Positions 11,087-19,740 of a DNA stretch of 64,000 nt are shown one piece after another. The stretch is from Bulleidia sp. (lineage in GTDB: Bacteria; Bacillota_I; Bacilli_A; Erysipelotrichales; Erysipelotrichaceae): NCBI GenBank assembly GCA_051873755.1, contig JBJEFE010000015.1, positions 57,891-121,890 of the forward strand, in the 5' to 3' direction. How positions within the stretch are numbered: position 1 is the first letter of the stretch; the number at the start of each line of letters is the position of its first letter. The notes under the pieces are model-generated. The model saw nothing but the letters and a program-made list of their open reading frames with translations, searched no databases and was not told where the DNA came from. The translations under genes and the position numbers were made by a program.

Positions 11087-12094
11087 TTATCCCTCTTTTT
11101 CACTGAATTCATACCGGATTTCATGACGCAGTGTTTCGCCTGCTCTCACAACCGGTTTTTCTTCCATATCCGCATAGTTGACCGCATTCGGACAGTATTC
11201 CGCCTCCAGGCATACCGCACTTCTGCGCGGGTACACATGTCCTTTCTTTCCCTTTGCGCCATTCAGCCAGTTGGCTGTGTACAGATGGAAACCAGGGAAA
11301 TCCGAAGACATTGTCATCGTCAGCTTCTGTCCGGCCAATACTGCCATCTTTCTCATGCCTTTGCCTGCAATCGGATAGTGGTGATCATATCCGGCACCGT
11401 ATGTCAGCTGGATATCATCACAGTCAATATCCTGTCCGATTTCCTTTGGTGTTGTGAAGTCAAACGGTGTACCGGATACCGGACTTGTACGGTTCAATGT
11501 CAGACATGTCTCATCCAGCAGCGCATATCTGTCAGATGGAATCATCAGAGTATGCTGCATCGCATCCTGACTTTCATCCAGGTTGAAGTACGAATGATTG
11601 GTATAGGCAAACAGCGTATCCTGTTCCGCTCTTCCTTCCGAAACAATCGCAATGCCGCTTTCCAGAAGTCTGTATGTGATTTTCACATGCAGTGTACCCG
11701 GATATCCTTCTTCTCCATCCATGGATGTGTATGTGAACACAATTTCATGCTCACTGCATTGCGTATCAAAGATCTTTTTGTCAAATCCATGAATACCGCC
11801 ATGGTTGGCATTGCCGTTATTGTTTACCGGAATGTGATATGTGATGCCGTTGAGCGTGAAGATACCCTTTTCAATTCTGTTGGCGGTTCTTCCGATGGAT
11901 GCGCCCAGATACGTGTCATGGCGCATGTAGTCATCGACATTGTCATAGCCTTCTACGGTATCGATGGAACATGGCTTATACTCCAGAGATACAAGCGATG
12001 CGCCGTAATCGGTTACGGAAAAGCGGATCTTCTCATTTTCAATCGTGTACAGGAAAACCTCTTTTCCCTGACAGTTTCCAAAACTCTGTTTCAT
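11087..12094 (-). CDS. galM: aldose 1-epimerase (mutarotase)
   Basis: 335 aa. The sequence NNGNANHGGIHGFDK and the overall pattern are typical of GalM-type epimerases. There is a 2-nt gap to the GH32 gene. Confidence 0.85.
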   Translation of the reverse strand: MKQSFGNCQGKEVFLYTIENEKIRFSVTDYGASLVSLEYKPCSIDTVEGYDNVDDYMRHDTYLGASIGRTANRIEKGIFTLNGITYHIPVNNNGNANHGGIHGFDKKIFDTQCSEHEIVFTYTSMDGEEGYPGTLHVKITYRLLESGIAIVSEGRAEQDTLFAYTNHSYFNLDESQDAMQHTLMIPSDRYALLDETCLTLNRTSPVSGTPFDFTTPKEIGQDIDCDDIQLTYGAGYDHHYPIAGKGMRKMAVLAGQKLTMTMSSDFPGFHLYTANWLNGAKGKKGHVYPRRSAVCLEAEYCPNAVNYADMEEKPVVRAGETLRHEIRYEFSEKEG

Positions 12095-12105
12095 AAACCC
12101 TCACT

Positions 12106-12125
12106 GTCTTACAATACTGTAAGAC
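12106..12125. promoter_or_regulatory. Perfect 8-4-8 palindrome GTCTTACA-ATAC-TGTAAGAC in the galM/rodA divergent region
   Basis: Read directly from the sequence. It lies 12-31 nt upstream of the galM ATG and abuts its GAGGG RBS. It is a candidate operator or 5'UTR hairpin. Confidence 0.4.
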
Positions 12126-12151
12126 CGTCATATTTGTACATTTATTCTAAC

Positions 12152-13567
12152 ATGATAAAATATCAAAGTATGGAAAATGATGAAAAGATTGAAAAAACAG
12201 GTACGTCCGGCATCGTCATTCCACTGGCTGTGGAAGTACTGACAGCGGTTGTCCTGTTTCTGAAAAACACACAGGCAGGTATCGGATATCTGTATGCGCT
12301 GATTCCGCTGCTGTTATTGACAGCACTGCTCGGTACGTTTCTGTATAACCGGGACGGCGATATGAAGCTGTTTGGCTGTATTGCAGTACTGACTGCCATC
12401 GGTACGGGACTGCAGCTCTACATCGATCAGGTATATGATCCAATCAACACCTTTTCCTTTTTCAAAAACATGGCGGGACTGTTCATTGCGTGTATGTTTA
12501 TCGTATTCTACCGGATGATCCGGAAACTGTTGAAGTACAACGCGACATGTTATGTCATGATGGCTGTTTCCGCACTCCTGTACGGTATTCTGATTGTCAG
12601 GGGCGTTGACCCCAACGGGTACGGTACATCCGCATGGATCTCCGTCGGTTCCATTACCGTGCAGCTGACGGACTTCACAAAGATCAGTGCCCTGCTGTTT
12701 TACGCCTCCCTGTTTTCCCCTGCTGTACCAAAGGATGACAGACGGATTCTGATCGAATCCAGTATTTTCTTCGGCATCAATCTGGTCGGATCCCTTGCGA
12801 TCAGAGAACTTGGTTCATTTCTGATCCTGCTGTTTCTGCATCTGTCGATTCTGTTTATCTTCATGCGGAAAAGCCGGTTCAAACGCATTTATCTGATTGC
12901 GGTGTTCACCGCCATCTTCGGTGCGGTTGCCGTATCCTTCCTGCTGTATCACTTCATTGCCCCATCGCACGATGCCGGTACAATGAATGCGGTGGAAAGC
13001 CTGTTATGGCCGATTGTAAACAAGGTTCATCAGAGAATCTCCGTAACAGCCAACATCAACTCCGATCCTTTCGGGGCCGGATACCAGCTGTATCAGGGCA
13101 GAAAAGCGCTGTACATGGCAGGGCTGTTTGGCAATTCCATCAACTTCACAGCCATTCCGGTAGCGGAATCCGACATGGCATTTGTGGCACTTGTCAATTC
13201 CTTTGGATGGATTGTCGGAATCGGAGCGATTCTGTGTTTCATGGGTATTGTGCTGAGCGGACTGAAGTTAAGCATGAAGCTTGTCCGGTATGAACTGCAG
13301 GATTCCATTGTGATCTTCGGTGCTTCGATTCTGCTGTTTCTGCAGGCGATGATCGTGATTCTCGGATCATGTAATATCATACCGTTTACCGGACTTCCGA
13401 TACCGTTTTTATCCCGCGGCGGTACCTATCAGGCAATTGTGTTCTGTTTCTGCGGTCTGTTACTGCTGGAATCCGAATACAACGGCATGCGCATGATTGA
13501 GGAAACACCGGAGGAAGAGGAAATGGAGGACAACGATGATGAAGATACACAGACCATCGGAATCTGA
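12152..13567 (+). CDS. FtsW/RodA/SpoVE (SEDS) family peptidoglycan glycosyltransferase
   Basis: The real gene starts at the ATG at 12152 (or 12170) within an 876-aa ORF. The product is multi-TM with a conserved ..PFTGLPIPFLSRGGT.. C-terminal motif and an acidic tail. Confidence 0.85.
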   Translation: MIKYQSMENDEKIEKTGTSGIVIPLAVEVLTAVVLFLKNTQAGIGYLYALIPLLLLTALLGTFLYNRDGDMKLFGCIAVLTAIGTGLQLYIDQVYDPINTFSFFKNMAGLFIACMFIVFYRMIRKLLKYNATCYVMMAVSALLYGILIVRGVDPNGYGTSAWISVGSITVQLTDFTKISALLFYASLFSPAVPKDDRRILIESSIFFGINLVGSLAIRELGSFLILLFLHLSILFIFMRKSRFKRIYLIAVFTAIFGAVAVSFLLYHFIAPSHDAGTMNAVESLLWPIVNKVHQRISVTANINSDPFGAGYQLYQGRKALYMAGLFGNSINFTAIPVAESDMAFVALVNSFGWIVGIGAILCFMGIVLSGLKLSMKLVRYELQDSIVIFGASILLFLQAMIVILGSCNIIPFTGLPIPFLSRGGTYQAIVFCFCGLLLLESEYNGMRMIEETPEEEEMEDNDDEDTQTIGI

Positions 13568-14951
13568 TCAGCGGCCTGAATCCGTGGCTACAAAGCGGAT
13601 CCGTCTGACAATGATCGGATGTGCGGTTGTATGTATTCTGTTCTGTTCTCTGTGCGGGTACCGTTATGCCGTTCTTCCGATCACAAATCCGGCATGGAAG
13701 GCATATGTCAATTCCACACGCTATGAAACGATCAGTTTCTATGCCATGGAGGGAAATTATCTTGACCGCAATGGTGACCTCATCATGGGAAGTGATGTGC
13801 CGGGACAGGCAGCCAGTGCACAGTGGCCGATGAACTACAGCTATGCCTATCTTCTTGGCTACTATTCCGTATCCGGAGACCGTGAGAATGCATATGGTCT
13901 TCGCGGTAATCTCAAGGATCATACCCTGTTCCACTTGGATGACAACAACAAAGGAGACACGGTACACCTGACAACCGACAACGGACTGCAGAATTACTGC
14001 AATGAACTGCTTGGTGAGGCGGAAGGTTCGATCATCGTACTGGACAATGACACGGGTGCCATTCTGGCACTGGCATCCAGCAGTACGGCAGCCTATGACG
14101 TCAATGACATGGATACCCTTCTTGGAAGTGATGTGGAAGGTTCCCAATACCGCAGAGGTACATATGAAACGGATCCTCCGGGAAGCACATTCAAGATCGT
14201 AACCGCAGCAGCGGCTTTGACAAAGGCGGAAGAGGAAGGCCTGGATGATTCCTGGTTTGAGTATACGGATACCGGTTCCTTCTATGCCCAGGGCAGTGAC
14301 TTTGAAATTACAAACTGGGCGGATCTGAGCTATGGCACCATCGGACTGGAACAGGCAATGAACAATTCCGTCAACACGTACTTTGCCAATCTGGGTGTGA
14401 AAACAGGAAAGGATATGCTGGAAAAGACAGCGGAGAAATTCATGATCGGAAAGGATATCACCATTCCGTTTCTGACGACGATCTCCTCTTCGATGGATAT
14501 TGGAGATACCCAGATTGAACTGGCACAGGCATCCTTCGGTCAGGGAAAAACACAGATCACCCCTCTGCACATTGCGATGATTGCCCAGTCTGTCGCAAAC
14601 AACGGTGTGATGATGCAGCCGTATATCGTCAGTTCCATTACAGGCGGTCTGATTCCGTGTTATCAGGCATTCAGCCACAAGCTGTCCACCACCATGGATG
14701 ACGGTGTCAATGCAAGACTGAAGGAAATCATGCACAGTACCGCTGTGGGGTATGGCTTTGATGAGTATAACTATGGTATGGTATACGCCAAAACAGGTAC
14801 GGCGGAATGTGTCAATGACCGCATTCATACATACATTGCCGGTTTTACCGAAGACTATTCCTTCGTCGTTTCCCGCAACAACTCCACCATCTCATCCATG
14901 GACGTTCCAACCGCCATGGCTCTGGTACAGTATCTCAATACATACATGTAA
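13536..14951 (+). CDS. class B penicillin-binding protein (transpeptidase)
   Basis: It has the SxxK (GSTFK), SxN (NSVN) and KTG (KTGTAE) motifs and an N-terminal TM segment. The ATG at 13536 follows GGAGGA. It overlaps the SEDS gene by 32 nt. Confidence 0.85.
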   Translation: MMKIHRPSESDQRPESVATKRIRLTMIGCAVVCILFCSLCGYRYAVLPITNPAWKAYVNSTRYETISFYAMEGNYLDRNGDLIMGSDVPGQAASAQWPMNYSYAYLLGYYSVSGDRENAYGLRGNLKDHTLFHLDDNNKGDTVHLTTDNGLQNYCNELLGEAEGSIIVLDNDTGAILALASSSTAAYDVNDMDTLLGSDVEGSQYRRGTYETDPPGSTFKIVTAAAALTKAEEEGLDDSWFEYTDTGSFYAQGSDFEITNWADLSYGTIGLEQAMNNSVNTYFANLGVKTGKDMLEKTAEKFMIGKDITIPFLTTISSSMDIGDTQIELAQASFGQGKTQITPLHIAMIAQSVANNGVMMQPYIVSSITGGLIPCYQAFSHKLSTTMDDGVNARLKEIMHSTAVGYGFDEYNYGMVYAKTGTAECVNDRIHTYIAGFTEDYSFVVSRNNSTISSMDVPTAMALVQYLNTYM

Positions 14952-14975
14952 AGGCACAGATCAATGTGCCTTTTT
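14951..14975 (+). terminator. Terminator after the PBP gene
   Basis: AAGGCACA-GATCAA-TGTGCCTT followed by TTT. Confidence 0.65.
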
Positions 14976-14996
14976 GCATGGAAAAAGGAAGTGAAC

Positions 14997-15692
14997 TCAC
15001 TCCACTCCCTCAGGATTTTCAATATAGAATGCACGCAGATCATCCAGTCTCAAAGCTGCCAGTCTGCCATGTGGAAGGTCACAGCCGCAATCGATACAGA
15101 TGCCGTTTCCATCTGTCTCAATTCTGCCTGAGTGCGTTGGGGTATGACCATGGATCACTGTAAAAGGAAGATCGTTGTAACTGTCATCATATCTGGAAAA
15201 CATCAGATCCTCAATGGTCAGACAAGACAGTTGATGTGCATGTTTCCCAAGTCCGGCATGGACAAGCATGTATGATGTTCCATTGATTTCCGGTTTTTCA
15301 TACAACGAACATTCCTGCAGGTAATCCAGGAAGTCCTCTCTTTCATCAGCGTTGAGCTGTACAAACTGTTTCAATGTGGTATGTCCGCCGTTTTCCATCC
15401 AGTTGACATAACCCTCACCCATTCTGTTTTCAAATTCCGCAATGGTTTCCTCACTGACTTCCTGCATCAGAAAAGAAAGGCATTCCAAAGCCATGTATTC
15501 ATGATTCCCGCAGATGGGAAAGATGTTGTCCTGTGCCATCATGTACTGCACAAGCGGGACAGGATCCTTTCCCCGATCCAGGAAATCACCCAGTACATAC
15601 AGTGTATCGTCCTTCCCAAACGAAATCATGTCAAGCATCTGTTGAAACAGATCAAAGTGTCCATGGATATCGGATATGACATAGGTGCTCAT
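14997..15692 (-). CDS. PPP-family metallophosphoesterase (Ser/Thr phosphatase / ApaH-like)
   Basis: 231 aa. It has the motifs ISDIHG, LGDFLDRG and CGNHE. Confidence 0.8.
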   Translation of the reverse strand: MSTYVISDIHGHFDLFQQMLDMISFGKDDTLYVLGDFLDRGKDPVPLVQYMMAQDNIFPICGNHEYMALECLSFLMQEVSEETIAEFENRMGEGYVNWMENGGHTTLKQFVQLNADEREDFLDYLQECSLYEKPEINGTSYMLVHAGLGKHAHQLSCLTIEDLMFSRYDDSYNDLPFTVIHGHTPTHSGRIETDGNGICIDCGCDLPHGRLAALRLDDLRAFYIENPEGVE

Positions 15693-15694
15693 AT

Positions 15695-16399
15695 TCAGGC
15701 TTCCTGTATCAGCCAGTACTGAAGTCTGTCATCCAGTACAAGGCCCTTGCTTTTCTGTAAGGCAATGGATTTCACATTGTTTTTTTCGATCTGTCCGAAG
15801 CACAGCAGATCACGATCCAGCAGAGTGTTGATCATATGTGCCTCCAGTGCTCTTCCATACCCGTGTCTGCGGTATTCTTCAAATACTTCCAGAAGTCCGA
15901 TCGCACCTTCCAGATGACATCCGATAAACCCGACAGGCACATTGTCATGATACCCGATCAGAAGATTTCCCTGTTCGATGATTGTTTCAATCTCCCATTC
16001 CTCAAGCTTATCGTAATGGGACAGAATCAGAGGTATATCGGATCTGTCGGCCTGCACGATTGTCAGATCCGATGTGATTTCCAGCTTTTCCCTGTTTGGG
16101 TATTCGCACTGGTATACCTCCATGAAACATGTCAGGCCGTATTCTGTTTCAATGCGTCTGGACAGCGTTTCATCATATACCGTGACCATGGCATAACCAG
16201 GCATATGATGTTTTACAAACCATTGGAATGCTTTTTCCCTGTCCGCACACGTCAGAAAGAAGATCTTTGAGACCGTATCCTGAATATGGATTCCATCGGT
16301 TTCGTCTTCAAGAATCACATACGTGTTTCTTCTGATCACCTGCAGAATACCGGCATACAGCACATGATCCTGTTTCAGATATTCCATTGCCCTGATCAT
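15695..16399 (-). CDS. GNAT-family N-acetyltransferase
   Basis: 234 aa. The C-terminal half has the acetyl-CoA motif EEYRRHGYGRAL. Confidence 0.7.
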   Translation of the reverse strand: MIRAMEYLKQDHVLYAGILQVIRRNTYVILEDETDGIHIQDTVSKIFFLTCADREKAFQWFVKHHMPGYAMVTVYDETLSRRIETEYGLTCFMEVYQCEYPNREKLEITSDLTIVQADRSDIPLILSHYDKLEEWEIETIIEQGNLLIGYHDNVPVGFIGCHLEGAIGLLEVFEEYRRHGYGRALEAHMINTLLDRDLLCFGQIEKNNVKSIALQKSKGLVLDDRLQYWLIQEA

Positions 16400-16986
16400 A
16401 GAAAGACTCCGGAAATAAAGATTTCCAGTCCGATGACAATCAGAATCACACCACCAAGAATCCCTGCCTTATTGGCAAGCTTTGTACCGAACCGCTTACC
16501 GATGAGCAGTCCTGCCATACAGATGAAAAATGTCACAATACCGATGATGGCACAGCTGACAAAAGCCTGCGGCAGAACATATTCCGCAATGGTAAAACCG
16601 ACGGACAGTGCATCGATGGATGTCGCAACTCCCTGTACAATCAACAGGTTGAATGTCAGTTCTTTTGCGTGTTCCTGTTCGTCATCCTCAGGATGCAGGC
16701 CTTCCCATAACATCTTACCGCCGATATAGCCAAGAAGTGCCAGTGCAATCCATGGGATGGCAGCGGAAACTGCCGTGAAATACTGCACGACAGTGTGAAC
16801 AGCCACCCATCCGATCATCGGCATCGCAAACTGAAACAATGCAAAGATGCCCGCAATCAGACACATGCGTGTCTTTTTCATATCCGGCTGATGCAGACCA
16901 TTGGCCAGTGATACCGAAAAGGCATCCATGGCAAGCCCCACTCCAAGCGCAATACTGTTTGTCAGAAACAGAAGATCCCAGTTCAT
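16396..16986 (-). CDS. mntP: manganese efflux pump MntP
   Basis: From the ATG at 16986 the product begins MNWDLLFLTNSIALGVGLAMDAFSVSLANG. It has the repeated DAFSV/DALSV motifs of MntP. A GGAGGAAA RBS is present. It overlaps the MFS stop by 4 nt. Confidence 0.8.
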   Translation of the reverse strand: MNWDLLFLTNSIALGVGLAMDAFSVSLANGLHQPDMKKTRMCLIAGIFALFQFAMPMIGWVAVHTVVQYFTAVSAAIPWIALALLGYIGGKMLWEGLHPEDDEQEHAKELTFNLLIVQGVATSIDALSVGFTIAEYVLPQAFVSCAIIGIVTFFICMAGLLIGKRFGTKLANKAGILGGVILIVIGLEIFISGVFL

Positions 16987-18215
16987 GTATTTTCCTCCCG
17001 CTGATACAGAAGCGGATACTCTCTGCGATCCCGGTATTTCAGATACAGGGATACCGCCACACATGCAGCACCCGTTGCGATGACAACCGTCCACGTGACA
17101 GGCGCACCAAGAATGTCATACAGCTTTCCTGTCAGCATCTGGTATAAACCGATACCGATACTCTGCACGATATTGGCAACGGAGATGACTCTTCCGGTAT
17201 GCGAGGAAGGAATCCGGCGGGTGATGAACGTATCCATCGTGATCGTCGTAAAAATCTCTCCCCATGTGAAAATGATCATAACCGGATAATAGCCTGGTAT
17301 CCACCCACGAAGAAAAATATACAGTACAAAACCAGCCGTGACAAGCATACATCCGGCAGTTATTTTGGACGGTTCCTTCAATCTGTCAAACCACTTTGTG
17401 ATCAGCGGCGTACATATGACAACAGTAACACAGTTGATGGATGAAACCGTACCGTAAATCACGGCACCGGCATCACCATGGATCATACCCATATCCAATG
17501 GCAGAAGATATGTGTACTGGTTGTATACGGAAAAATACAGTGCCATCAGAATGATGAACATCACAATGACATGATTGTTTCTGAATACCGCACGCAGGGG
17601 AAGGGAATCATCTGACGTCTCATACACACTGCCGTCAGTAAATGTCTTCGTTTCATCCAGGAAACGGCAGATCAGAAAGGTACTCAGGGCAATACACGAC
17701 CCCTGCAGCACAAACATCAGATTCAGATGATTCTGAAACAGCAGTCCACCAAGAGTCGGAGACAGAATCATACCGAGATTGGAGCCAAGATAATTCAGAG
17801 AATATGCGGCTTCTCTCTGTTCTGAAGGCGTCAGTTCCGCAATCAGTGCGGTATAGGCCGGATACTCCATTCCCTGCATCAATGTACCAAGAGCAAATAC
17901 GATCAGGGAAGTCCAGGACAACGGTACAGAAGCCGTATAAAAACAGGCAATAATCGAACACAGGTCACAACAGATGATAATCTTTTTCTTCGAAAAACGG
18001 TCTGCCAGTTTACCGCCGATCAGTGAAGTCGGAACACTGAGCACACCATAGGCAAACATCACAACTGCAATGGCGGATGCAGAAAGGCCCATTTTCAAAG
18101 AAAGGATCAGCGTCAACATGGAAAAGACGCATGATCCAAGTGTTGTCATCATTCTGCCGATCGCAAGAATGTGGTTATTGACCGGAAGCTGCCTGTAGGC
18201 CGTCAGGAATTTCAT
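16983..18215 (-). CDS. MFS transporter
   Basis: 410 aa with about 12 predicted TM segments and the MFS loop motif GGKLADRFSKKK. Confidence 0.8.
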   Translation of the reverse strand: MKFLTAYRQLPVNNHILAIGRMMTTLGSCVFSMLTLILSLKMGLSASAIAVVMFAYGVLSVPTSLIGGKLADRFSKKKIIICCDLCSIIACFYTASVPLSWTSLIVFALGTLMQGMEYPAYTALIAELTPSEQREAAYSLNYLGSNLGMILSPTLGGLLFQNHLNLMFVLQGSCIALSTFLICRFLDETKTFTDGSVYETSDDSLPLRAVFRNNHVIVMFIILMALYFSVYNQYTYLLPLDMGMIHGDAGAVIYGTVSSINCVTVVICTPLITKWFDRLKEPSKITAGCMLVTAGFVLYIFLRGWIPGYYPVMIIFTWGEIFTTITMDTFITRRIPSSHTGRVISVANIVQSIGIGLYQMLTGKLYDILGAPVTWTVVIATGAACVAVSLYLKYRDRREYPLLYQREENT

Positions 18216-19057
18216 TTCAGTCCCTTTGGAATGATGTAATGATCAAACAGATATCTGCCGACACCTGCTTCCTCACATGTATAGTCCGTAACGGCATCCG
18301 CAATCTTTACCGTATTCGGATTACCACCTTTCAGACAAACACCAAGCCCACAGTCCTGAAGCAGTGTGTTGTCGTTTTCGTTGTCACCAAAGCCGACGCA
18401 GTTTTTCATATCCACACCGTTCCATTCAGCCCAGATCTTCATTCCGTTTCCTTTATCAATGCCCTTATGCATGACTTCCACAGTACCCGGGAATGTCTCA
18501 ATCATCTGATACTCTTCTCCGAATTTCTTCAGGAAGAGCTCTTTTACCTCATCCATATGTTGTTCCGTACGGAAAAGCATCTTGTAACATGGTTTGTTAC
18601 AGAAACCGTCCAGATCTCCTGTTTTGTCATCAAATACCCAGCCATGACGTATCTGTGCTTCAGCAAGCTCCCCTACAATATTCATGGCGTTGATATTACC
18701 GCAGCCTTCACAGTTGACACAGATCGTATACTTTTCAACAGCCGGCATCAGATATGACAGAATCGCACGCATTTCATCCGTACTCATCTCATCCATTGTC
18801 CATTCCTTTGCCAGACAGCGGTCGTAAACCATACCGCCGTTGAGTCCGATGATAAAGTCAAAATCAAAGCTCAGGCCCCACTTTGTACCGTATTTCTTTT
18901 CGTTGTCGCCAATGACTCTTCCGGTTGCCAGCCCGATCTTCACACCATTACCGTGAAGAATTTCAAACGCATCAATGGTTTCCTGCGGGAGATCTCCTCC
19001 CTTGGCGGTCAGTGTCATGTCAATATCCGCCGCAATCGCATCTATTCTTTCCAGCAT
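18212..19057 (-). CDS. Cof-type HAD-IIB family hydrolase
   Basis: 281 aa. It has the DxD-type N-terminus (AADIDMTLT), GLATGR and a C-terminal GDNENDNTLL motif. Confidence 0.8.
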   Translation of the reverse strand: MLERIDAIAADIDMTLTAKGGDLPQETIDAFEILHGNGVKIGLATGRVIGDNEKKYGTKWGLSFDFDFIIGLNGGMVYDRCLAKEWTMDEMSTDEMRAILSYLMPAVEKYTICVNCEGCGNINAMNIVGELAEAQIRHGWVFDDKTGDLDGFCNKPCYKMLFRTEQHMDEVKELFLKKFGEEYQMIETFPGTVEVMHKGIDKGNGMKIWAEWNGVDMKNCVGFGDNENDNTLLQDCGLGVCLKGGNPNTVKIADAVTDYTCEEAGVGRYLFDHYIIPKGLK

Positions 19058-19138
19058 ATGTTTTCCTCATTTCTCAATTTCTTCCATAATACAACATTTC
19101 AGGTTTATTTTTCTATCAGTTCCTGATCCTGGAATTGC

Positions 19139-19172
19139 AAAAAGACCGTACACGGAATCATGTACAGTCTTT
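19139..19172 (-). terminator. Terminator after small gene 19271-19549
   Basis: AAAGACCGTACA (19141-19152) pairs with GTACAGTCTTT (19162-19172), with one mismatch. The A-run at 19139-19143 gives a U-tract on the minus strand. Confidence 0.45.
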
Positions 19173-19270
19173 GATTCATGATTCATCCGATTCTGTCTGC
19201 ATCTTTTCCAGGTGTTTGAGATCATGTGTCTTTTATATTCTGATCGGGCAGGAGAAATACGACAATGATT

Positions 19271-19549
19271 TCAGGAGACACAAAACGCAATGTGGATCCC
19301 CGGTTGTAGTTTTTTTATTGATTCTGAAACTGCAATTCCCCTCAGAAATGCCATGGCTCCATTTGCACATAACAGCACACGCAACGCGTTATCAGTCAGC
19401 TGATGGATTGTTTTCTTTGCGGCAAACATCAGCTGGCGCTCACGAAAAAGACCGGCATGATACAGATTGTCTGCGTAATGAGCGTTTCTGTCACACCATT
19501 CTGACAGATCGGAACCGGGCTTTACATGAACAGTCATTGCTTTATACAT
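19271..19549 (-). CDS. hypothetical protein (92 aa), stand-alone
   Basis: Open frame MYKAMTVHVKPGSDLSEWCDRNAHYADNLYH... I recognise no family. It has a terminator-like hairpin downstream and an AT-rich region upstream. It may be a gene remnant. Confidence 0.35.
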   Translation of the reverse strand: MYKAMTVHVKPGSDLSEWCDRNAHYADNLYHAGLFRERQLMFAAKKTIHQLTDNALRVLLCANGAMAFLRGIAVSESIKKLQPGIHIAFCVS

Positions 19550-19699
19550 AATCTTCTTTCCACAGGAATATCTCCATATATATCATAGTAAATTAATCCG
19601 CGTATTTATGCGGAAATACAGCGTTTTAAACAGCTGATTTCCGGCAATTCATCCCCGCCTGAATCGAAGATTTCAGACGGGGTATTCCTGCCTGCGTAA

Positions 19700-19731
19700 T
19701 AAAAAACACTCTCCTTTGTCGGGAAAGTGTT
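19700..19731 (-). terminator. Terminator after the CarD-family gene
   Basis: AACACTCTCC (19705-19714) pairs with GGAAAGTGTT (19722-19731). The A-run at 19700-19706 gives a U-tract on the minus strand. Confidence 0.6.
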
Positions 19732-19740
19732 TCGTAACAC

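Noticed and set aside
10937-12151. N-terminal 405 codons of the 876-aa plus-strand ORF
   Set aside because: It is antisense to galM and the start of the GH32 gene, and the translation is low-complexity and unrecognisable. The SEDS homology begins only at the ATG at 12152.
13386-14828. 480-aa ORF on the minus strand
   Set aside because: It lies entirely antisense to the well-supported PBP gene, in the codon-aligned frame. Its translation is Cys/His/Arg-rich with no motifs. It is a shadow ORF caused by avoidance of TTA/CTA/TCA codons in the sense gene.
16987-17094. Possible yybP-ykoY Mn riboswitch before mntP
   Set aside because: The mntP start overlaps the stop of the MFS gene, so there is no untranslated leader. 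The apparent upstream ORF extension is MFS coding sequence read in another frame.
19135-19551. 138-aa plus-strand ORF in the HAD/CarD intergenic block
   Set aside because: The translation is Cys/His/Arg-rich. It overlaps the better-supported minus-strand 92-codon ORF and a minus-strand terminator. There is no RBS.
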